A stretch of 64,000 nucleotides of DNA from Octopus bimaculoides (GCF_001194135.2 NC_068986.1:109405304-109469303), one strand, 5' to 3'; counted from the stretch's first letter, positions 25,298 to 39,268 are shown. The notes: a model not told the origin generated them from the sequence alone. A program made the numbers and translations.

Positions 25298-25460
25298 GCA
25301 AATGGCTCAGTGGTTAGGGTATTTGACTCATGGTCATAAGGTCGAGGGTTCGATTCCTGGCAGTGCCTTGTGTCCTTGAGCAAGACACTTCATATCACAT
25401 TGCTCTACTCCACTCAGCTGGCAAGAACAAGTCAACTGGAACCTTCATCATCGTAACCGG
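25298..25460 (+). mobile_element. tRNA-derived SINE family G (others near 29378-29570 plus and 60860-61062 minus)
   Basis: ggctcagtggttagg...gggttcgattcc head; gtgtccttgagcaagacactt block. Confidence 0.65.
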
Positions 25461-26628
25461 CTGAGTGTCAGTTTTCTCACCTATGTCTTTTTCTATTCTC
25501 AACCACATGGTTTCAGGTTCAGCCCAACTGTGTAGCACCTTCAACAAATATCTCTACTCTAGCCCCAAATCAACCAAAGCCTTGTGAGTGAATTTGACAC
25601 ATTGAAACTGGAAGGGGCCATTTGTGTGCATATGGACACAAACTGTAGAGTAGTTTAAAAAATAAATAACAGTATTTAATACTCTCTCTCCTTCCCTCTC
25701 TGTCTGTCTGTCCATTTCCTTTATATATATATAGCAATTAGAAAATGGAGGACAATATGCTGCACCCAACAACTTGCAGACAGTGTATCCCGTTGAATTA
25801 ATCAACTTAATTTGTAATTAAAGTGACAAAAAACCACAAAGTACAAGTGTTTATGACAAACCATGTTATATTGACAACCGGGTTTTCTAATTGCTATATA
25901 AATTTAGGGTAAAACAAGCCCCCCCCCCACCTCCCTTTTACCCTGCCATCGCTAAAATAGAAGGCTAGATACATTGAATAACATGGTTCTTGGTGTACTG
26001 CAGATAAAGTGTTATGTCTCAACGCTGCTGCTATCTAGCACCTTCGGATGATCTCTACTCAACCACTACACAACTGCTACTCAACATTCCTACCACTGCC
26101 AGACTACCTCTATTTATATGTCTTGGGAGATCCTACTTCTTCGCCTGGGGGCGTTGACACAACATAAAGAAATAAACAGGTTTGGCATGGTTGGAAGGTC
26201 TGCTCCATCAGGGTGATTTGGGGATAAACAACATCAACAATTAAATCTCAGCGAGTATGAGCATATTTTTATAGCGCTTGTGTTTGAGAAGAGACAAATC
26301 TCTGGGCAGATAGATCTCAGAACAAGGTTAGTTACATTGGGAGATTAGAGATGTACTGGATTAATTGAAAGGTTTAGAAGATTAAGGAAAAGACAAAAAA
26401 AACCAGTGGTCTATCTAGCTAATCTAACATACTATGAAATGTTGGATCAGGAGAAAGACTGGACAGTTGAGTGAATGAGGATAAAAGAATCTTGGGCGAT
26501 CCTTCGGTACAAGTTCTCTAAATGTCAAACCGTTTGACAATCGTTCAGACGTTAATCAGTGACAGCTGAGAAACCCATCCCTTAAGAACACATGCCAGTT
26601 ATCTCTCTTTCCCCCTACTCTCTCGCTA

Positions 26629-26696
26629 TCTCTTAAAAACACATGTCACTTAGAATTAGAGATAGAGAGAGAAAGCGAGTGATAAGTGACATGTGT

Positions 26697-26706
<10 letters not shown>
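26629..26706. repeat. Perfect 24-bp inverted repeat with a 30-nt loop
   Basis: tctcttaaaaacacatgtcactta (26629-26652) / taagtgacatgtgtttttaagaga (26683-26706). Confidence 0.85.
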
Positions 26707-26748
<42 letters not shown>

Positions 26749-27266
26749 AAGAGAAAGAGTGCCTGCTGTCTGCTACCTGCTGACTAACGCCCTTTCCCTC
26801 TTTCTTTACGGAATTGATGTAAACAAAGACATGTTGACCAGCTGACTACTGGTTGGCAAATAGCGCACTACTATCGAATGATCGCCGAATCTTGGTTAAC
26901 TGAAAAGTTACAACACTACGATCAAAGTACTTCATTCTCAATGAAAGAGTCCATGTGGCTGTAAATAGGTACCATCAGTTGTTTAGCTCTAGCACAGTTC
27001 TGGCTGAACCTATCATAAAAGATGTCCCAGCCATAACCATCTCGTTAAATTTGTCATCCCCACCATTTTTATCTCTTCTTGGTTCCACCTTGATCACCCC
27101 CACCTTCTCTCCTAATATGAGTAGTCATATGACCCATCTACAGTTAGAAACCTGCTGTTCCGGTCCCTTCCCTTCTACTTTAACCCCTTGTTGCTAAAGG
27201 TAAAGTTGCATCCCTTGGGGTTTGTAGCCTTGCAGGCTGCATAGCAACTTCACTAGTGCTGGTACC

Positions 27267-27310
<44 letters not shown>

Positions 27311-28204
27311 CCCAGTACAATACGAAGGACATCCAGCCATAGAAACCCTGTTAAACTAGACGATGGAGCAGGATGTAATTCTTGGACCTGTCAGACCCTG
27401 TCAAACTATCCAACCATGCCAGTATGAAGATGATGGTAATGTCTACAAGACTATATCACCTTGTTACTTTCTCTCTTGAAGACAGTAGAGCGAGATTTGA
27501 GAAGATATGTGTGCTGCTACATCTAGCAACTCAAGTGATCATGTAGTGGCTCCCCTTGCCAGCCTGAAATACTCTGAGCCAAGTAATTTGCAGTAGGGAA
27601 GTAGAAGATTCAAGATGTACAATAACTTGATGAAGTCAATCCCATACCCCCAGCTGCCTGGAAAAGCTTAACAGTGGTATGTTCAAAGGAGAGAAAGATG
27701 AGGCTCTTGTCCACTTCCTGGTCATCATCATCATCGTTTAACGTCCGCTTTCCATGCTGGCATGGGTTGGACGGTTCGACTGGGGTCTGGGAAGCCAGGA
27801 GGCTGCCCCAGGCTCCAGTCTGATTTGGCAGTGTTTCTACATCTGGATGCCCTTCAATTTCCATTTGATTTTGATGTACTTGACTGAATAGGTCTCCTCA
27901 AGCACAGCATGTCGCCCTATAATCCAAGGTACTTTTGAGTGGGCTGGGGCTGGCAACTACAGCTGTGAACTCACTTTATTTGCCGGGTCTTCGCAGTCAC
28001 AGCATATCTCCAGTGATCTCAGTCTTCCGTCATTGCCTCTGCGAGGCCCAACGTCCAAAGGTCAAATATTTTAAGTATTGAAGAATAAGAGTTAATGTTT
28101 TGGTAGATGTATTAAAAAGGAGTGTATTATTTTCTGATGTGATTCTGTATCGAAATGATTCATGGTACATACAAGATTTATGGCTGAATAAATGGAATAA
28201 TAAA

Positions 28205-28258
<54 letters not shown>

Positions 28259-28768
28259 ACACAAACAAGACAGAAAGCCAAGACAAATATATAATAGAGA
28301 AAGAGAGAGAATGTGTGCAGGAGAGAACACATATGTGAATATCTATGATAGAGAAAATGATACATAGGAGAAGAAAACAGAAAATGTCACCAAGTTTGAA
28401 TGGTAGTTTTTACAATATTATTAGCACTTATATCATTGAACATTGTGTCTTTGTATTCATTTGTTGTCACATTCCTGGTATTAATTAATCCCTGGCAGTA
28501 TTCCTTTATTTGCTTCTGAAATTTGTAGGACATATAAACATAAGTTTTCTGTGAGGATATGAAGAAGGAAACTAGAAGATATGAGTGGTCTCAAGGAATT
28601 GATGATGGAACTGATGAAGGAAGGAACTAACAGCACCAAACTGCAACCAGAAACAAGCTGCCACCAAATATTTGGCTAAGAACCAATGTCCAAAACAAAA
28701 CACAACAGAAAAACAATAAAAATATAAAATAACCAAGAGTTTGTGAAATTCAGTTTGGAAGTTCTGCT

Positions 28769-28832
28769 GGAGAATCCTTAATGGTTAAACTGATTTAAAA
28801 GGAGAATCCTTAATGGTTAAACTGATTTAAAA
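28769..28832. repeat. 32-bp tandem duplication
   Basis: ggagaatccttaatggttaaactgatttaaaa x2. Confidence 0.9.
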
Positions 28833-28992
28833 ACAAACAAATTAGGGAACAAAAATATCAATTTAAGTAAATTATGACAATTAGAAGTTTGAAAATAAAA
28901 TAATATTTGAAAATTGTAATTAAGCAATCTTCTGAACATATTTCTATAAATATAATTCTATAAATGTAATTTTCTGAACATACTTCTATAAA

Positions 28993-29152
28993 TGTAAAGA
29001 ATAAAATATTTTGAATGACACAACAAATTCACTATAATACAAACAGTGGACTATAACCAGACAATGAATGATTAAATTACAACAGTTCTTACAGTCCATT
29101 GTTTGTATTATAGTGAATTTGTTGTGTCATTCAAAACATTTTATTCTTTACA
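28993..29152. repeat. Fold-back: 60-bp arms (2 mismatches) and a 40-nt loop
   Basis: 28993-29052 is the reverse complement of 29093-29152. Confidence 0.85.
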
Positions 29153-29799
29153 AACAGTACACAATGCTTCAAGCAAACTACCATACTCTCCTATCTATAA
29201 ATGTAATTTTCTGAACATATTTCTATAAATGTAATTTATTGAATTACTCCGAGTCCCGAGAAACATGGATGTTAAATGATGAGGAGTTCCCAACATTTTA
29301 TTGAATCTGAAATAATCATTTATTTCATCCACTTTAACACAAGACTATTGATTATTGTATTATATAAATATGACAGTGCATGACATAGTGGTTTGAGTGT
29401 TGGATTCCTGATTGTAAGATTGCAGTTTCGATTCTTGGACTGGGCAGTGCATAGTGTTCTTGAACAAAACACTTCACTTCATGTTATTCCAGTCCACTCA
29501 ACTGGTAAAAAGGAGTAATCCAGCAATGGACTGGCATCCCATTCAGGAAGGAATATATAGACAAGAGAAACTGGGGAATCAGCCCTATACTTCTTACAAA
29601 GTAATGTGGACTAACCATTATTATATAAATGTTAAGTAATATTTCTAATATGTCTAAATTAGTCACACTAAGTGTCTAACGGTCAACAAGTTATTGTTGT
29701 TACTGCATAGATCTGATCATTTAAGTCTGAACAGACCTTTTGATCAAAAGGTTGACTAACAATCATATCCACTTCACTTGATAGATTATGATAATATAA

Positions 29800-29895
29800 T
29801 AATCTACATCACTTAATAAATTATGATAATCTAATCTACATCACTTAATAAATTATGATAATCTAATCTACATCACTTAATAAATTATGATAATC
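29800..29895. repeat. Minisatellite, 32-bp unit x3
   Basis: taatctacatcacttaataaattatgataatc repeated three times. Confidence 0.9.
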
Positions 29896-30529
29896 TAACA
29901 GTGAAATTCCTAAGATTCCTTCTATAATGTTAATTGCAGATGAATCTTGGTAAGATAAGAATGAAACACAAAATTACATTTCCATTAGAAATACAACACA
30001 ATCTGGTTGTGTTGATCACACATTTTCATATCGATTATATATTTTTGAAGTGACAGTGAAGTTGAAATAAAGTATTTAGTGAATGATAAATGTTTTGTTT
30101 AAAGTACAGTTTAGGATAAAACAAAACTATGGAAGGACAATGTCACTAACATGAAAACCAAGATAGAACCAATGAATAAGTTTCTATAATAATAATGATA
30201 ATAATAATAATCAAAACCCTACAAGAAATTTTTGAGGTGTCCCAGAAAGAAGTCACTGTAGTAAGGTGTAACTTTGGAGAAAAAAAAAATAGAAGATAAT
30301 ACATTTCAGATGAATGAATATGTTAATAATGCTTTAAGAATTGAAATAAAATAAACCATACACCTAATGAGAAAACTGAGGATTTAGAAAATGTTAGTGC
30401 AAAATCACCATGAAATAAATTATTTATATTGCCGTGAATTGCTTATCTAATGAAACCTGACCCAAAATCCTTCAAAGAATTGTATATAAATGCGTGTATT
30501 TATGGGAGTGGCGAACTATGGTTACATAC

Positions 30530-30568
30530 CTGGTACAATGCTTCATCATCTGAATCCGTTGGAGCACG
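30530..30568 (-). CDS. TMEM63: Candidate alternative TMEM63 39-nt exon RAPTDSDDEALYQ (phase 0-0)
   Basis: 110-nt AG-free pyrimidine-rich zone, taag| acceptor, cag|gtatgt donor, frame-preserving. Confidence 0.5.
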
Positions 30569-33548
30569 CTTAAAGAGGTTGAAAAATAAGAGAAGAATGA
30601 AGGAGGGTACCAAGAGACATCAAAAAGATGTTACAAGTGAGATTAAAAGATGATGGTAATGGATAATTGTCATCATGCAGCTGAAAGGACTCAAGGCATG
30701 CATATAGACCAACTCCATTAAATGAACCAACTCCATGCAGATGCACTAAACTCCATTAAAAGCTTGCACCAGCCTTTCCACAAAAGACACCAATAATCAA
30801 CAGAAAATGCCGTAATAGAGATTTAATTACCAACGACAGTCTTGATTAATTAAAAAGTAATATTTGTTAAATTAATTCTATTTTTATTTGAAATGGTGAA
30901 AAAAAAAAAATGTTGTGGACAATGAATCAGAATTATTGGTTGAGGTAAACAATAGGACTACAAGACCATATTCTTCACTTATTAGATATTTGCCTGAATA
31001 TTAATTAATATAGATAAATGAAATAAGACAAATGACCTTTTAGTATTTAATTGTGGTTCTTTAGGGTCTGAGTTCAAATTCAGCAAAAGACAACATTGCT
31101 TTTTGCCCTTTTGTGGTTTGCGAAAATAAGTACCAGTAAAATATTGGAGTCAATAAATTCTACAGTTGTTCCCTGACGCTGATCGATGATTCACTGCTGG
31201 GTACCTCTGATCCCTGAAGATCATCCTGCAGGTTACCCAGACTTGTGTATAGATAAATACATATAAATAAATGAAAGACAGCATTTTGCATTTGAAATGA
31301 TGGTGCTGGGGCCACATAAATATTATCCATGCCAGTGCTGGGGCCACATAAAGTGCCTCAGTGCCATTGCCACATAAGGTGCACCTGTGTTGGTGCCATG
31401 TATAAAGCACCCAACACACTCTGTAAAGGGGTTGATATTAGGAAAAGCATCCAACCATAGAACCAAAGTCAAATATGACTAGAGCCTGGTCCAAGTCGCC
31501 AGCTTTGGTCAAACCATCCAACCCATGCCAGCATGGAAAATGAACATTAAAAAAAGATGATGATGATGAGGGCATCATCAGTCTCTAAAATTGGAATAAT
31601 TTTATTTAGAGTGAAGAAGTATGGTTGTGTGTTTCAGAAGCTCATTTCACCAGGACAGGTTCCAGGTTCAGTCCCACTGCATGACAACACCTTGGGCAAG
31701 TACCTTCTACTATAGCCTCAGGCTGACCAAAGGTTTGTCAGTTAAATTTGGTATAGACACAACGTAAAAGCCCATCACAGGGATTGATCTGTCACCTAGT
31801 TTAATACCCTTTGGCCTGGTACATTGGGTACATTTAGCAGGGTTCACTGTTACAAGGCCAGATCTTCAGTTAGAGAACAGTTTCTCCCTTTCTCCTACCA
31901 ATCTCATGAACCTTAAAAAGATTCATGGACACTGCTTTTCCTCCGGTGACTACATCATATATGATACAACTTTTTATGTGAATTAGTTGCTTCAGATTTA
32001 GACAATACAAACCCTCAAAATCTTAAGTTTTTAGGGGAATTAGAAAACATTTCTTGCTGTTTTTGTCCTTTTTTTTTTTTCACAAATATTAACCATCAAA
32101 TATGCTTTAAACTGAAACATCTTTGGTCTACATTATCTTTTAATATTTTATACCAATATGGCAATAGAACTAGCAGAATCCATAGCAGCATTTCGTCAGT
32201 CATTATGTTCAAATTCTGCCGAGGTTGACTTTGCCTTTCATCTTTTCAGGGTTGATAAAATAAGTACCAGTTGAGCACTGGCATTGATATAATCGACTTA
32301 TCCTGCCCACCAACACCAAATTGTTGGCCTTGTGCCAAAATTTGAAACCAATATTTCATACCAACAAAGGCTGTGATGTTGAGCATTAGCTACCATTTCG
32401 GTTCCACATCAATCCTGAATGAGTAAACCTAAGATCAATAGCACCCCACCCATGTCCAACCTGTCATTTTTCAACAAAATGTATTTACAACTACAATATT
32501 GAATGTGTCATATTTAAAGAAAATATGGTAAGATTTTAAGGACATTTACTTGCTATTTCTAGCAGACTGAAAAACCATATAAAGGATCACTCATTTGCTC
32601 ATTATAGCCTTTAGTTTTGTCCTCATTTGAGATCAAATCCTACTAGGGTTGATTTTGTCTTTCATCCCCTCCAGGGTTGATTAAAGGAATATCACTAACA
32701 AAATACATTTCAAAGAAACACATCAGTTCTCTACAAGACTTGGTCTTCAAACTCTTTTAAAAGACAATCCAATATTTTATACACAAACAGAGAGGATAGG
32801 TCATTGTGACATGCTGAACGAGATACAAGATTTAATTCCATCCATGACACACACTCTTGATTTTACAATACTTTTCATTCCTCTGGAATTGTCAAAAAGA
32901 AAAAAAAATAACAACACAAACATGAGGACCAAATTTATCACAAAACCATTAAAAACACTGACATTCTGGTGCCAAAGACTGAAATCAGTTTTCCATGCAA
33001 GGATCACAATGTGGTGAATAAGTTATTGGAAAGTCAAATCTCTGATGATCTTGGATTTGGATTTTGAAAATAAACCGTTCCACTTAAATTACAAGGCTAT
33101 GAATCTGGTCAGTCAACAGTGAAATTAGCGTTAATATATCTGGTACAACTAATGAGGGGAGCAATAAAAATCTAACTAGAAATCATTGTCAATAACTAAA
33201 ATTGTTTTCATTTTCTTTTTCCAGCAAGTACAGAAAATAACTCTGGACATGTTTCTGCCTTATTAAGATCTCATCGGAGGGTTATTTATTTATATTACAT
33301 CCTGTGAACAGCATTGTTTGTTATGGGTTTTCAATGGACCAGTCTGTGATTCATTGAAGTTTTGATGACAAGAGAGAGAAGGGAATGTTTGTAGAACTCA
33401 CAGAATATTCAAGACAAACTGTTTAAACACCCGTTTATCAGCTTTTTCACTGGTACTTACATCTATCAACGCTATTTATCATTGAATGAGATAAATATAC
33501 ATTATAATTATACACATGTGTGTGTGTGTGCATATGTGTACATACATG

Positions 33549-33752
33549 GGATCTATTTTAAAATGGGGGCACCAGTATTTTCTTAACGAAACACTAACGA
33601 AACACTTTGAAACTTGGGACACTGGTAGAATGTGTCATATAAAACATCTTTTACTCTTAGTCTTCTTAACAAAAAAAAGGAATTCGCAAGTTATTCCATG
33701 TTAAAGTTGTCGTATTTCTGTAATTTCAACCAATCACTGACGTTTTTTCAGC
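33549..33752 (+). mobile_element. Truncated left arm of the 3158-3767 MITE family
   Basis: ggatctattttaaaatggggg...gaaacactttgaaacttgg...aatttcaaccaatcactgacg aligns with 3158-3340. Confidence 0.8.
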
Positions 33753-35573
33753 TCAATAGAGTTACTGCTGGGCGGTCATAAAAATGTTATTCCCTGTGAC
33801 ATATTTCATCCGGTTTAATCGTAATTTATATGCATATATTGGGTTTGTTGGGATGGTCATAACTGGAAAACCTTTGATAGCAGATTCCACTGCATTAGCT
33901 CTGACTTGTGGGTAAATGGCAGTCCCCAGTGTCTCTACCCCCACCCAGTAAGCCAGTCTGGTATAGCTTTGTTCTAAAACCAAGAAAGAAGCAAAAAGGG
34001 TTTAAGAAGAGTTTACTCTGTGTGTGTGTGTGTGTGTGTGTTAAGATTAGGAAAGTATCTATATTTATTTGCTGTAATATATTATATAGGATCAGATTCT
34101 TTGATCATATCAGTAATCTGTTAAATTACGCTGACCATATAAAAAGAAATGTTGGGAAGCATTAGTCTTGAAGAAAGTATAAGAAAGCGGCACATTGAGA
34201 ATGAAGACAGCCAAAGACAAGGGTGAGTATTTGAAGCCAGCACGAAAACCAATACACGAAGCAAGCACAAATACAATACATACAAGACAATTGGTTAAAT
34301 AATACATCATTAATGAAACATTGATAGCCACATATATAAACATTCCTCTGTTGATTCAAGTTGTAACTTGTTGAACAAGAAATAACAAACATATATTGAT
34401 AACTGTGGTACACATGCAGCTATAGATGTATATAGGATATATGTGTGTATATGATTATATATAGATTGCTAATTGTATACATTTGTAGATATATATAATA
34501 ACAGCACATTTATTGGTATAGATGTATTTACGATATATATATGTATTTATTTCTGTGTTCACTGAGGTACCATGCACCTTCGTAAACGTGTATTATGTGA
34601 GTGTATATGATAAATATATATATATGTGTGATAGAATTTGAAATAAAAAGTCCTTGCTACAATATTATATATTTGAAAAAAAATGGATGGAAAATGGCAT
34701 TTCTGATCATTTTTCCTTTTTAATAATTAGATGTTTATAAATTAGGTGTTTATAGATCAACAGCTAATAATTTATAAGCTAATTATTAAATGGAGAAATT
34801 GCCAGAAAAGCCATGTCTATTCATTTTTTTCAATTATATACACACACACATATATATATAATGTATATATAGTGTAATGATGCGTGGCTTTCAGAATGCT
34901 TTTAAAGTGTGTTTTGTAATGCCTGGTTCATTACATATCCAGGAAGAATACCAAACCTGAAGAACAAAATCATCAAAGAATTAACAGGAATATCTTAAAT
35001 ACAAAATTCTCAAGTTGCTAGACTTGATACAGTTGAAGAAATTGGTAAGTGGTATATAAAAGAAACTCTTATGGAATTGTAAAAAATGAAAATTTTAAGT
35101 AATCTTGTAACAGAATATGGCTCCCATCCCAAATATTTATTAAACTTTTGAAGGAATTGGCAAGCGATCAGAATCCATCACAAGCCTTAGAGAATAGGGT
35201 TGCACTTCTAATATATTGTGTTTCTCAAAAATGCTTTCAACGTACCATAATTGTTTCTTTTTTTCCAGAATGGAATTAAATATTATTGGAGACTTTTTGT
35301 TTCACTAACCAAATTTTCTTCAAATACACAAAATTTGAGGAAACTAAAAGTTGATTCTTGAAAAGTCTGAGCAATTTCTCATCATTAACCAAATCTCCTG
35401 ACAAAAGATTGCTAAGACTAAAATTGTCTTTACATTTTTAGTATTTTTTCTTCCATTTTTTTTTTTTTTCAAATGTCAATTTTGAATGTTTCAAAAATAT
35501 TTTATTAAATAACCATTTCTGAGCACCATTGGATGCTTATTGAGTTCTTTTTGAGAACTTTTTGGAGCCCATT

Positions 35574-36085
35574 NNNNNNNNNNNNNNNNNNNNNNNNNNN
35601 NNNNNNNNNNNNNNNNNNNNNNNNNNNNNNNNNNNNNNNNNNNNNNNNNNNNNNNNNNNNNNNNNNNNNNNNNNNNNNNNNNNNNNNNNNNNNNNNNNNN
35701 NNNNNNNNNNNNNNNNNNNNNNNNNNNNNNNNNNNNNNNNNNNNNNNNNNNNNNNNNNNNNNNNNNNNNNNNNNNNNNNNNNNNNNNNNNNNNNNNNNNN
35801 NNNNNNNNNNNNNNNNNNNNNNNNNNNNNNNNNNNNNNNNNNNNNNNNNNNNNNNNNNNNNNNNNNNNNNNNNNNNNNNNNNNNNNNNNNNNNNNNNNNN
35901 NNNNNNNNNNNNNNNNNNNNNNNNNNNNNNNNNNNNNNNNNNNNNNNNNNNNNNNNNNNNNNNNNNNNNNNNNNNNNNNNNNNNNNNNNNNNNNNNNNNN
36001 NNNNNNNNNNNNNNNNNNNNNNNNNNNNNNNNNNNNNNNNNNNNNNNNNNNNNNNNNNNNNNNNNNNNNNNNNNNNNNNTATCCG
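35574..36085 (-). CDS. TMEM63: TMEM63 last-TM exon: acceptor at 36085, remainder inside N gap 35574-36080
   Basis: tttttctctcctgtttag|cggat immediately before the gap; the phase-1 junction reads LRL-T-D; the final TM exon was not found elsewhere. Confidence 0.5.
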
Positions 36086-36179
36086 CTAAACAGGAGAGAA
36101 AAATGCAAAGAAATGAATAAATAAATGTAATTTTAATGAGTGATTTGAGAATTATTAATTGCACAATTAACCACTTCTT

Positions 36180-36400
36180 ATTTCTTTACTGGCCACAAGG
36201 GGCTACACACAGAGGGGACAAACGGATTAAGTCGATTATATCGACCCCAGTGCGTAACTGGTACTTATTTAATCGACCCCGAAAGGATGAAAGGCAAAGT
36301 TGACCTCGGCGGAATTTGAACTCAGAACGTAAAGACAGATGAAATACCGCTAAACATTTCGCCCGGAGTGCTAACGATTCTTCCAGCTCTCCGCCTTCAT
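36180..36400 (-). mobile_element. SINE family A copy (others near 32160-32345, 44106-44338, 45325, 47700-47855, 50085-50280, 60240-60445)
   Basis: Reverse complement of the 2288-2514 element. Confidence 0.85.
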
Positions 36401-37082
36401 AATTAACCACTTCACCACATGTAATCTAAACATAACATTAAATGTTTCGTCATCTAATTCCTATCAATTTAAACCAAAACCACATATTTCATACCTGTTT
36501 CTTAACACTGGCAGGTGTGTGTGATTAAGAATGTCATTTCACAATGATGAGGTTTTAAGTTCAAGCCCACAACAGCTTAGTTCTTTCAATTCGATATCCT
36601 AGATAAGAAATTCCATTCAACCTGCTTTGACCACCCCCAGAAGTGTGATGGGCATGCCCAGGACAAACTCAGAAAAAAAGTGATCCCTTGACTCCCTAGG
36701 ACTCAAAGGATACTATTGAGACCAATCTAACTGTAATTCATTTCTTAAAATGTAACACTTAACTGAGCTACAAGTTTATACAGACTCTACTGCAAACCAA
36801 ATGAGAGGATGCTGTACATTGACACCAGCTTCCTGCTACCAGCCTACAGAAGATGCAGATTCTATTTGCAGAAAAGAGGATCATTTTATAACAAAAAAAA
36901 AAACAACTCACACAAATTAGGTGCTTTTTGGAACTAAAAAAAGAGAAATTTGCAGATACTGCCCTCATGAGCACAAGTTTATTTTGACAATGTGGTCATG
37001 TTCCTTTTTGAAGTATATACTACACAAAATCTCTCATCACCCTTTTACTCTGTCCATCTCTCCTTGCTTCTGTCGCTTTCAT

Positions 37083-37129
<47 letters not shown>

Positions 37130-37184
37130 TCTACCACACACTCACAGCAATAAATATGTTACTAACGTCATTCTTTAACCTCCT

Positions 37185-37795
37185 TTATCACAAGGCCTGA
37201 AATTTTTGGGGAGGGGGCCAGTCGATTAGATCGACTCGAGTACGCAACTGGTACTTAATTTATTGACCCCGAAAGGATGAAAGGCAAAGTTGACCTCGGC
37301 GGTATTTGATCTCAAAACGTAATAAACTGCGCTTGCGAAGACCTGTCGAGGCAAGTGAAGTCATTGTCATGGCCAATGACAGTACCGCCTGATTGGCACC
37401 CATGCCAGTTTCACATAAAAAGCACCATTTGAGCGTGGCCAATGCCAGTGCCAGCGAACTGGTCCCGTGCTGGTGGTACATAAGAAACACCATCAAAGCA
37501 TGGCCGATGCCAGTTCCGTTTGATTGGCCCTCGTGCCAGTGGCATGTAAAAAGCACCCACTACACTCTCGGAGTGGTTGGCATTAGGAAGGGCATCCAGC
37601 TGTAGAAACTCTGCCAGATTGGATTGGAGCTTGGTGCAGCCTTCTGGCTTGCTAGCCCTCAGTCAAACCGTCCAACCCATACCAGCATGGAAAGCAGACG
37701 TTAAACAACGATGATGATGACAAACATAAAGACAGACGAAATACTGCTAAGCATTTCACCCGGAAATGGTAACGATTCTGCCAGCCTGCTGCCTT
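37185..37795. mobile_element. Nested insertion: family C (about 37330-37720) inside a minus-strand family A SINE
   Basis: Family A 3' part at 37185-37322 and head at 37730-37795 flank the family C sequence. Confidence 0.7.
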
Positions 37796-37931
37796 AAAAA
37801 TAAGAATCAAAGGAATTCCGTGGGATTCAAAACTGCATTTCCTGCACACATGCCAGGTGTTCTACCATTGGAGCAGATCACTCCTTTGCGATAATTAGTA
37901 ATATTAATGAGAGAATTATCAAAGTACTTAC

Positions 37932-38099
37932 TTAGACGTAGTGCTGTGAAGAATACTATAACAATTTGGAGTAAGATTACAGAGACTATAACAAAGTTCA
38001 CGGCTGTTGTGTGGATGTGTTTGTTGATACGAGATGGCTTGTAAGCAAAATATATATTATAGCGATCGACCATGTGTTTCATGGCAAGATATATTAGAC
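37932..38099 (-). CDS. TMEM63: TMEM63 exon LIYLAMKHMVDRYNIYFAYKP...FFTALRL
   Basis: KH-x-VDRYNIYFAY is a TMEM63/OSCA hallmark; canonical splice sites, phase 1-1. Confidence 0.95.
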
Positions 38100-39162
38100 C
38101 TGAAACAGAAGAACAATAACAAGTAACAAATGATGGCAACAAAATATATTTCATAAGAAATTCCATATCATTTTTATATTCTCATATATTTTCTTAATTT
38201 AATTGTAACTTTTTCCCTGCTTATTTTAAAAACAATTATCAGCTTATTGTATATAGTGTCCAGGGGCAGTACAGCTTACTGGAAACAAGAAGAGACAGAA
38301 AGCACCAATAAAGAAGACAGTGGTCCTATTATTCTCAGTTTTTCTAAATTTGATTTGAGATTCTTAAAGCTGTAATATTTAACTCTTTTCTTATATTCTG
38401 TTGAAAAACATTGCCTTTGTTACAATGAATTTTGAAAATAACTAACAACTTAGTAGAAAAAATATATATAAGTAATAAATGAGTGGAAATTGAACCTGTG
38501 AGTGTGTTAGGTATTAAGGCAATATGACTCTCCTCAGACAACAAAACTTTGTTATTATTATTATTATTGAGTGAGAGAGAAGTGCATGCCATCAAAGTGA
38601 CACTGGGGTACAAATATATGAAGCTCAATATACCCATCATGATTACCCGTCTGATAAGGGTACACCAGGCACATGCATCACAACCACATGTGCATGACAG
38701 GGTGATTTCATTTCAAGATAAACAGTGCATGACCTTGCAGGTGGGACCCAGTTAGAATTTTCTTCAGGTCGAGTAACCTATCCTGCTCAAAAAGTCCCTG
38801 AATGTTTAAGGATGTTGAACAAAACACCCATGTTTCCAAAGGTGAATTATCCAAACCCCAAAGAATAGAATTCCTCTCAACACATGGCTGTAATTCTCCC
38901 CAACTACTTTATTATTATTATCTAATGTAGTTTGGAAGATAAATGAACATGAAATTTTGATGGAAAGTTTTAATATCATATCATTTAAAACAGGAAATTT
39001 GTATTATAGAATCAAGGATAGTCTGAGGTGGGTTGGTAACAAAAGGGTTGATGTAAGTTTTTCTTCTAAGCTGTGTTCACTAATAATGTAAGATATTATT
39101 AATATTTTAATTCCAATAGTAAATTTCAAAAGTTATACACAATATTTCCAATGAATACCTAC

Positions 39163-39268
39163 CAAATGTTGTCACCATTGGGCATGGAATACTGTAAGCA
39201 ATTATCACTGAAAAAATGCATAGCATCCATGCATACTGACAACCAAACTGAAATTCCCAGATAACAGC
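39163..39268 (-). CDS. TMEM63: TMEM63 exon AVIWEFQFGCQYAWMLCIFSVIIAYSIPCPMVTTF
   Basis: EFQFG-x-x-YAWM motif of TMEM63; tttcag| acceptor and |gtaggt donor. Confidence 0.95.

Noticed and set aside
29800-29895. CRISPR-like array (32-bp repeats)
   Set aside because: Repeats are contiguous with no spacers, in a eukaryotic context; it is a minisatellite.
34110-34413. Hydrophobic minus-strand ORFs as the missing TMEM63 TM exon
   Set aside because: No suitable acceptor; a better phase-compatible acceptor exists at 36085.
33221-35350. Chain of plus-strand splice-like sites suggesting an antisense gene
   Set aside because: The acceptor at 34165 lacks a pyrimidine tract, the 34943-35043 segment has stops in all frames, and such motifs are frequent by chance in AT-rich DNA.
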